This document shows positions 56,434-64,000 of a stretch of 64,000 bases of DNA, one piece after another. Source of the stretch: an uncultured delta proteobacterium (GTDB lineage: Bacteria > Myxococcota_A > Polyangia > Fen-1088). The position numbers and the translations under genes were made by a program. The DNA lies in assembly GCA_963796685.1 (NCBI GenBank), contig CAWCMR010000025.1:704001-768000 (forward strand), written 5' to 3'. The notes below the pieces were generated by a model. The model was not told the origin of the DNA. It ran no database searches and saw nothing but the letters and a program-made list of their open reading frames with translations. Numbering within the stretch: the stretch's first letter is position 1; the number at the start of each line of letters is the position of its first letter.

Positions 56434-57060
56434 GTGAACAAGAAAGACCTCACCGAAGCGGACATCCGAACCAAGTTCATCACCCCGGCGCTGGTCGCCA
56501 GCGGGTGGGATCTCATGACCCAGCTTCGCGAGGAAGCCTACTTCACCAAGGGCCGGATCATGGTTCGCGGCAGGACCGTGGCGCGCGGCGAGGCCAACAA
56601 GGCCGACTATCTTCTCTTCTACAAGCCCAACCTACCCATCGCGGTCATCGAGGCAAAGGACAACAACCACACCATCGCCTCGGGCATGGGCCAGGCCCTG
56701 GAATACGCCGACATCCTCGACGTCCCCTTCGCCTTCAGCTCGAACGGTGACGGGTTCCTGGAACATGATCGCAGCAAGACCGCTGGCACGGTCGAGCGCG
56801 AGTTGCCCATGGACCGCTTCCCCTCGCCCGCCGACCTGTGGGCCCGCTACTGCGCGGCCAAGGGCCTGACCCCCAAGCAGGAAGCCGTCACCACCCAGGA
56901 CTATTACGACGATAGCTCGGGCAAGACGCCCCGCTATTACCAGAACATCGCCATCAACCGAACAGTAGAAGCGGTGGCCCGCGGCGAAAAGCGCGTGTTG
57001 CTGGTCATGGCCACCGGCACCGGCAAGACCTACACCGCGTTTCAGATCATCTGGCGCCTG
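56434..57060 (+). pseudogene. hsdR: Type I restriction subunit R (EcoAI/EcoEI-like), N-terminal part only
   Basis: E.DIRTKFITPAL, ADY...IEAK, RYYQ..AI and MATGTGKT motifs; similarity ends after IIWRL. Confidence 0.9.
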
Positions 57061-57064
57061 TGTC

Positions 57065-57700
57065 ATGTCAAGCGAACAGATCTCAGGCTCCAATCACGAA
57101 CCGACGCGCGAAGAGCTGGTTGGCGTCGGCAAGAATCCCCGTTTTGACGAGGTCATCGACGATGATGAACAAACGGGCATCGAGGTCGTCTGCCGCCTTG
57201 CCGGAAAGGAGATTCCTCTAGCGAAGCCAAGTCGCGCCTTCTACTTCGGCGACCGAGAACTCTATCTTCAAGAGGCGAAGCGCTTCGATCATGGCGAAAG
57301 ACATCGAATTCTGAATGCCAGCCAATTCCCAGATAACCCGCAGGTTCTGGACGATCTGAAGCGCGCCTGCGTGCGTGGCTTCGTAATCCCATTTGTTGGT
57401 GCCGGGATGTCAACGAGTGCGAACTTGCCCGAGTGGAAAGACTACCTGCTCGGCCTGTGCGACAAGGCGAAGCTGTCCAAGGATGATGTTCGTGCACGGC
57501 TAGAAGTCGACGGCGACTACGAGGGCGTCATGAACGACATCATCGAAGGCATGAAGTTCAACCTGTTCGAGCGCAACTTTGAAAGGGCCTTCAATATCCA
57601 CGAAGACATCGAAGGGGCTGTCGCATCATTGCCGCAGCTCTTCGACTGCGCCGTGATAACGACCAACTTCGATCGCGTCCTCGAAAAGGTCTATGAGAAC
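57065..57700 (+). pseudogene. SIR2-like domain protein, 3'-truncated
   Basis: IPFVGAGMS...LP.W and ITTNFD..LE motifs; downstream HG motif absent. Confidence 0.75.
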
Positions 57701-57704
57701 AACT

Positions 57705-57755
57705 CTACGCGGCTTCTTGCGGCAAGTACTCGCGCGCGAAGGTCGTCTTGCCGGC
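57705..57755 (-). pseudogene. Remnant of a zeta-toxin-like/predicted ABC-type P-loop ATPase
   Basis: Reads AGKTTFAREYLPQEAA. Confidence 0.5.
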
Positions 57756-57983
57756 AGAAGCCGACGAACCCGGCCACGGCGCGACTGCGTCCTCGGCGGA
57801 ACCCACACGATGCGCGGCAGCCGGCACGTGAAGAGCAACGCGCTCGCTACCCACGCGTATTCGACCACCGGGGGATGGGGCGACTGCACCTGCGAGGCTG
57901 CCCGCGCCCCACGGCCTAAAGCCGGACACCTCCAGCATTTGCTTCATCCAGGGGCGTAGGTATGATTAACTCTAAGGATTGTC

Positions 57984-58208
57984 ATGACCACATGGGAAAC
58001 AATTGCGGAAAGGGCTAGGGATTTGACGCCTGAGAGGCAGCGTGAGGTCCTGGATTTCCTCGAGTTCCTGCGCACCCGCGACAACACAAAGCAACCCCGC
58101 CGGAGTGCTGCGGGACTGCTCGCGGACTTGAACGTCGACATCTCAGGCGAAGACATCGACGAGGCGCGCCGGGAGATGTGGTCGGACTTTCCACGCCGGG
58201 ACGTTTGA
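57984..58208 (+). CDS. DUF2281-like antitoxin
   Basis: L.PE.Q.EVLDF.EFL...EDIDEARREMW..FPR; TGATG overlap with toxin. Confidence 0.8.
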   Translation: MTTWETIAERARDLTPERQREVLDFLEFLRTRDNTKQPRRSAAGLLADLNVDISGEDIDEARREMWSDFPRRDV

Positions 58209-58609
58209 TGTCCGGACTCGTCGTCGATACACACGCCTTGATTTGGTATCTCACCGCCTCGCCGCGCCTTTCAAGGACGGCCCTGACCGGCATGGAAGAC
58301 ACGATCGCGGCGGGCGATCCGGTCTACGTACCCGCGATTTGTCTCGTGGAAATCACCTACCTCATCGAAAAGGGCCGCTTGCCACCGGTCACTGCGGTCC
58401 GCATCGCCGAGCGACTGAGTCAACCTGAATCAGGATTGGTAGTAGCGCCGCTCGACCGGGATGTGGCCGACCAGGTGGGTAAGATTTCCCGCGAGCAGAT
58501 CCCGGACATGCCCGATCGAATTATCGCGGCCACAGCCTCACTGCTCGGACTGCCGCTGGTCACCAAGGATGGGCGAATACGAAGCGGTGCTATCGCGACG
58601 CTTTGGTAG
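58208..58609 (+). CDS. vapC: VapC-family PIN toxin
   Basis: VVDTHALIW, EI.YL and DMPDRIIAATA...LVTKD motifs. Confidence 0.9.
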   Translation: MSGLVVDTHALIWYLTASPRLSRTALTGMEDTIAAGDPVYVPAICLVEITYLIEKGRLPPVTAVRIAERLSQPESGLVVAPLDRDVADQVGKISREQIPDMPDRIIAATASLLGLPLVTKDGRIRSGAIATLW

Positions 58610-58672
58610 CATTGACGTGCTCCAGGGGTAGTTCCGAAGCAACCTTTTCGAGGGGTGACCGATAGCCTCGGG

Positions 58673-59060
58673 ATGTCACCCAAGGTCTATATCGAGACGA
58701 GCGTTGTAAAGACCGATACGATCTCTTTGTCTCGGAGGCGGTCCTCGCCGAGGCGGGCGGTGGGGAGCCTCTGGCTGCGCAACGTCGGCTATCGGCGTGG
58801 CGAACCTGCCTGTCTTGACGATCACGGCCGATGTCGGGGACTTGGCTGCCCGCTTTGTGGACGAAGGGGCGCTCCCGCGGAGGGCTTTCGTGGATGCCAT
58901 TCACGTTGCCGCCGCTGCCATTCACGGAATGGACTTCCTACTGACCTGGAATTGCACCCACATCGCCAACGCACGGATCCGTGGTAGGCTTGAATCACTA
59001 TGTCGGTCGCGCGGTCTGCAACCCCCGACGATTTGCACCCCGGAGGAGCTCCAGGCGTGA
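58673..59060 (+). pseudogene. PIN-domain toxin with internal deletion and frameshifts
   Basis: KVYIETSVV, YDLFVSEAVLAE and DAIHVA.A...LLTWNC.HIAN...ICTPEEL are separated by frame breaks. Confidence 0.8.
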
Positions 59061-59065
59061 CTCCA

Positions 59066-59227
59066 ATGGCCTGCGATCTCATCGTAGACGAGGTTCGTGC
59101 CATTCGGCAGGCCTATGCTGATTCCCACGGGAACGATCCGTCGGCGATTGTCGCCGATTTGCGCTCGCGAGAAGCTCAGCACCCGCAGCATCTCGTGACG
59201 TTGGCTCCCAGGCCGTTAGAGAAGTAA
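59066..59227 (+). CDS. Small putative antitoxin downstream of PIN gene
   Basis: D.IVDEVR.IR..YA...G.D...I..DLR pattern. Confidence 0.65.
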   Translation: MACDLIVDEVRAIRQAYADSHGNDPSAIVADLRSREAQHPQHLVTLAPRPLEK

Positions 59228-59279
59228 GGCCAGCACCAGGCGCTGCCAGCCATGAACGCGGTGCTGGTGCAGCCCTACG

Positions 59280-59304
59280 GGCGGGGCTCACCATGTTCGA
59301 CTCG
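59280..59304 (+). repeat. 25-bp exact copy of an internal segment of the aldo-keto reductase gene
   Basis: GGCGGGGCTCACCATGTTCGACTCG also at 59789-59813. Confidence 0.85.
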
Positions 59305-59639
59305 CTCAGGAGGAATCAGGCCCGTTTCAGACATGTCGCGCACTCCGAGGTTTTGAGATCACGGACTGTGATCTTCTTGCGGAAAGGCTCCACGGATGGT
59401 GCGAGGCGGGGAGGGCCGATCGGGTGGACGGTCTACGAGCGAGCTGCTACTGGGCCTTCAACAACGTTTGGATTGGGATGAGCCAGGTGTTAGTTCCAAG
59501 CACTTTCGTTTCCGGAACGCTTACGTAGCCAAGCGCCGCCCCGCCGCACTGCGCGCTAAAGACGTTGAGCATGACTTCGTAGACTTGTGGGCCGCCGGCA
59601 GCAGGTGCACCCTCGGCACTTTCCGGCTAAACCATGCTC

Positions 59640-60674
<1,035 letters not shown>

Positions 60675-60697
60675 GGGCGAAGCTCGCCGAGCCGAAG

Positions 60698-61172
60698 TCA
60701 AAGGACCTGCGGGGTGCGGCTTGGCCTTGCTCGACCCGGCTTGGCCTTGCTCGCCCCCGGCGTGCCCTTGGCGGACGAGCTGTTCTGCTCCACCGCGGCC
60801 TTCACCAGCGCCGTGAATGCGCGCCCGTCGACCTTCTCTCCCTCGGGGATGTCGATGGCCCTGCGCGTGTTGCCCCCCAAGCTGGAATTGAAAAGACGCG
60901 CCGGATCCGGCGATCTTGGCCCCCTGGGCGAAGGTGAGCTTCACGACCTTCTTGTACGCCTCCCCGGTGCAGACGATTCCGTGGTGCGACCACACCGGAT
61001 TGCTCCACTTCCACTCCTCGGTCATCTTGGGGGCGGCTTTCAGGATCAGCGCCCGCATGCGAGCCAGGGTCTCCTCGCGCCATCCCCCGAGCTCGCGGAT
61101 GCGCTGGTCGATGAGCCGGGAGGCGGGTGCCCCGGTCGCTTGCTCACGGCCTGCTCCTTGTTTCGAATCCAT
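60698..61172 (-). pseudogene. DUF1801 (YdhG-like) protein with one frameshift near 60911 (real or assembly error)
   Basis: EEWKW..PVW...GEAYK.VVKLTF.QGA continues as PDP.RLFNSSL.GNTRRAID after removing one base. Confidence 0.8.
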
Positions 61173-61268
61173 CGTCGTCCTCCGCTGGAAATCCCGTTTC
61201 TGCCTTTGATGGTGAAGATCAGGCAAAGGGTTCGGGGCCGTGCATGGCCGCACCTACTTCGGCCCGGC

Positions 61269-61970
61269 TTACGGGCCGTAACAGTTGATGTCCGACGGAA
61301 GCGTTTCATTCCCGCAAGGCGGTTCGCCACAACCCCAGAAGAGCTGGCCATCCCGCGTGCCACAGATTTCGTCGCCGATCGCCTTTGCGAAGCACCTTTC
61401 GTGGTTGACCAGGATAGCCTGTCTGGTCGCGGCGCTGACCTTGTTGCACGTCGACTGCATCGGTTTGCACGTGCCATCGTAGTAGGCAACGCAGAGCTCG
61501 TCGGCGGCGCAGGCGCTGCATGCGGAAGATGCGACTGCGTCTGAGGCTGTGTCGATGATGACAGCGCCCACCTCGTGAATGTCTCCGCCATCCATCGTGA
61601 TCCACTCCGCCCCTCCCGCGCCCGAGGCGCCCCCGGTGCTCGCGACGCCGCCGCTTGCGGAGATGCCTCCTGTGCCCGAAGAACCGCCAGACACGGTCCC
61701 TGCTCCGCCGTCGAAGCACGCCATGACGGTGCATCGGACCAGCGTATCTCCGAGGGCTCCGCAGGAGCACGTGTTGCAGTCGTCTCGGAAGCTCTCCCCG
61801 CTGAAGTACGTCTTGCCCTTCCACGTGCATACGCTCGGTCCACTCGCGCCGCCGCTGCCGGAAGCCCCGCCGGTCGCGCCCGAGCTTCCGCCCGCCTGGC
61901 CCCCGGTCCCGCTAGAGCCGCAAGCCACGCCAGTCACCACGAAGAGAACGACAAATAGCTGATTGCGCAT
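61269..61970 (-). CDS. Cys/Gly-rich lipoprotein with pacifastin/VWC-like module
   Basis: Lipobox GVAC; C..KGKTY..GESF.DDCNTCSC...CT.MAC. Confidence 0.7.
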   Translation of the reverse strand: MRNQLFVVLFVVTGVACGSSGTGGQAGGSSGATGGASGSGGASGPSVCTWKGKTYFSGESFRDDCNTCSCGALGDTLVRCTVMACFDGGAGTVSGGSSGTGGISASGGVASTGGASGAGGAEWITMDGGDIHEVGAVIIDTASDAVASSACSACAADELCVAYYDGTCKPMQSTCNKVSAATRQAILVNHERCFAKAIGDEICGTRDGQLFWGCGEPPCGNETLPSDINCYGP

Positions 61971-62210
61971 CGACAAGCTCCTTATTCAACGGCTTACGCC
62001 GGCCAAGACGTCGAATCGCTACCGCCTCGGTCGCCCAGCGTTGGCTGCTATGCAAGGACACTGCCGACCTGAAATCCCCTGGATGACGCCCATGTTCATC
62101 CCAACCTGCACGACATGACCCGGACGGATTTGTCAGGCCAGGGCGAAGCACGGTGTATCGGACCCCAGAGGCGCTCCGTCTTCGCTGACGTTCGCCGCCC
62201 GCCACAATAC

Positions 62211-62239
62211 TTGCATACATGCGCATAATAGCATATAAC
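62211..62239 (+). promoter_or_regulatory. Sigma70-type promoter with overlapping inverted repeat (candidate operator)
   Basis: TTGCAT-N17-TATAAC; ATGC-N8-GCAT palindrome in the spacer. Confidence 0.7.
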
Positions 62240-62245
62240 AAATCC

Positions 62246-63190
62246 GTGGCCGCCACCGTCACCAGCGCGCACGCTGACCTCTTCCGCCTCCTCGGCGATG
62301 AAGATCGCTTGCGTTTGCTCGCCTTGTGCGACGCCGAGGAGCTGACCGTGGGTGAGCTGTCCACGCTGCTGCGGCAGAGTCAGCCGCAGGTCACGCGCAA
62401 GACCCAGCCTTTGCGGGATGCCGGCCTGCTGGCCGAGCGGCGGGACGGCACACGCATCCTCTTGCGCGCGGAAGCCAAGGACAATCCCATCGTGCAGGCG
62501 GCGCTGCGCGCTGGGAATGACTTGTGCCTGGCCGAAGGACGGCTGGCGCGCATTCCCAAGATCGTGGCCAGGCGGGAGGAGACGGCGCGAAGACTGTTCG
62601 CCGATGGCGCCGCTGAACCCTCGCCTGGGCCGAATGTTTCGGTCGAGCCGTTCCTGCCGCTGCTGTCGGCCCTCTTGCCCGGGCACCATCTCGCCGTCGA
62701 TGTCGGCTGCGGCGATGGACTGCTCTTGCCCCTGCTCTCGCCGCTCTACGATCGCGTGATTGCGGTGGATCGCAGCGCGGCCCGTCTTGCTCGCGCCGCC
62801 GCGCGGGTGGAGCAGAGCGGACTTCCCAACGTGCGATTGCGCGAGGCAGAGGTGGACGATAGCAACCTGGCGCAGGAGATCGCGCAAACCGGCGGCACCG
62901 ATCTCGTCACCCTCGTGCGCGTCCTGCAATTCATCGCCCGCCCCAGCGATGTCATCGCCACCGCCGCGCGTTTCCTGCGGCCGGGGGGCCATCTCGTCGT
63001 CGCGGATCACGTGCCCCACAAGGACGAAAGCCTGCGCGAGCAAGGGCACGTCTGGCTGGGCTTCGAACCCGAAAAGCTGCGTGCCTGGCTCGGCGAAGCG
63101 GGCCTCGAGGTCGTCGCTTGCGGCCCCCTGCCCGGCGCCTTTGCGCCACCTCTTCAGTTGATTGTTGGAAAAAGAATCGTAAACCCGTAA
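62246..63190 (+). CDS. sahR: ArsR-HTH plus SAM-binding methyltransferase-fold regulator (SahR-type)
   Basis: RLRLL...EL.V.EL...QP.V...LR.AGL HTH; DVGCGDG; L.PGG and WLGF motifs; directly upstream of ahcY. Confidence 0.85.
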   Translation: MAATVTSAHADLFRLLGDEDRLRLLALCDAEELTVGELSTLLRQSQPQVTRKTQPLRDAGLLAERRDGTRILLRAEAKDNPIVQAALRAGNDLCLAEGRLARIPKIVARREETARRLFADGAAEPSPGPNVSVEPFLPLLSALLPGHHLAVDVGCGDGLLLPLLSPLYDRVIAVDRSAARLARAAARVEQSGLPNVRLREAEVDDSNLAQEIAQTGGTDLVTLVRVLQFIARPSDVIATAARFLRPGGHLVVADHVPHKDESLREQGHVWLGFEPEKLRAWLGEAGLEVVACGPLPGAFAPPLQLIVGKRIVNP

Positions 63191-63223
63191 CCCGTTCCCA
63201 TTCACGTTCGCGAAGGAGCTTTC

Positions 63224-64000
63224 ATGGATATCCGCAATGAATTTCCGGCCTACAAGGTCAAGGACATCTCCCTGGCCGAGCTTGGCCGCAAGAAAATCCG
63301 CATGTCGGAAAAGGAAATGCCCGGCCTCATGTCCCTGCGCGAGGAGTTCGGCGCGCAGAAACCCCTCAAGGGCGCGCGCATCGCAGGCTGCCTGCACATG
63401 ACCATCGAGACCGCGATTCTCATCGAGACGCTGGTCGAGCTGGGCGCCGAGGTCACCTGGACCTCGTGCAACATCTACTCGACCCAGGACGAAGCCGCCG
63501 CGGCCATCGCCAAGGCGGGCGTCCCCGTGTTCGCGTGGAAGGGCGAGTCCCTGCCCGAGTACTGGGCCAACATCGAAACCCAGATCTCCGCCTTCAAGGG
63601 CGGCCAGGGACCAAACCTCTTGCTCGATGACGGCGGCGATCTCACCCTGCTCGTGCACAAGGGCGCCGAATTCGAAAAGGCCGGCAAGGTGCCCGATCCG
63701 TCCACGACCAAGGTGGAAGAGATGAAGGTCATTCTCACTTTGCTCGACAAGTGCCAGAAGGCGGACAAGACGCGCTTCACCAAGATGGCGAAGGAAATCA
63801 AGGGCGTGTCCGAGGAGACCACGACGGGCGTGCACCGCCTGTACGAGATGGCCAGGAACAAGCAGCTCCTCATCCCGGCCATCAACGTCAACGACTCGGT
63901 CACCAAGTCCAAGTTCGACAACCTATACGGCTGTCGCGAATCACTCTTCGACGGCATCAAGCGCGCCACCGACGTGATGGTGGCAGGCAAAGTCGTGGTG
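63224..64000 (+). CDS. ahcY: Adenosylhomocysteinase (runs off window end)
   Basis: RBS AAGGAG; [32 protein letters not shown] and [18 protein letters not shown] motifs. Confidence 0.97.
   Translation, partial: MDIRNEFPAYKVKDISLAELGRKKIRMSEKEMPGLMSLREEFGAQKPLKGARIAGCLHMTIETAILIETLVELGAEVTWTSCNIYSTQDEAAAAIAKAGVPVFAWKGESLPEYWANIETQISAFKGGQGPNLLLDDGGDLTLLVHKGAEFEKAGKVPDPSTTKVEEMKVILTLLDKCQKADKTRFTKMAKEIKGVSEETTTGVHRLYEMARNKQLLIPAINVNDSVTKSKFDNLYGCRESLFDGIKRATDVMVAGKVVV

Noticed and set aside
38821-57060. The two hsdR fragments as halves of one split gene
   Set aside because: Order is reversed, they look like different subfamilies, the DEAH region is in neither, and no hsdM or hsdS is present
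62096-63990. Minus-strand ORFs 62096-63835 and 63475-63990
   Set aside because: Antisense to sahR and ahcY; ahcY is missing from the ORF track only because it has no stop in the window

Overview
High-GC bacterial chromosome segment. The gene content (TPR-PEGA protein with a Ser/Thr kinase, DUF4388, many Cys/Gly-rich lipoproteins) suggests a Myxococcota/Polyangia-like organism; this is inference. About 1-21.6 kb is ordinary core and carbohydrate content: DUF4139-type lipoprotein, AcuB-like CBS-ACT protein, a large multi-module GH8, glgP, a GT22/PIG-B-like glycosyltransferase, a kinase, ilvD, and a clan GH-A hydrolase with an AraC regulator. About 21.6-62 kb is a decaying accessory/defence region. 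It holds six toxin-antitoxin loci, an NTase plus TIM-barrel gene pair split by an ISAzo13 element, a very large nuclease-STAND (Avs-like) gene truncated by an IS4 element, two unrelated hsdR fragments, a SIR2-like fragment, TcmP/DUF5131, a complete group II intron and an ISL3 element. The window ends in the sahR-ahcY operon. Three signals stand out. (1) The spacers between accessory genes at 24.2-28.2 kb are mosaics of degenerate, redundant, internally deleted pieces of ahcY, all on the minus strand, while intact ahcY lies about 35 kb away on the plus strand. The same relic pattern recurs for DUF5131 and an aldo-keto reductase, suggesting iterative gene capture anchored on resident genes. (2) The IS4 lacks a target duplication, which predicts an inversion or deletion that could explain this geometry. 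(3) The NTase (C-terminal Tyr) plus TIM-barrel pair is a candidate undescribed defence system. Family names were assigned by eye from motifs and identity counts were done by hand; no searches were run.
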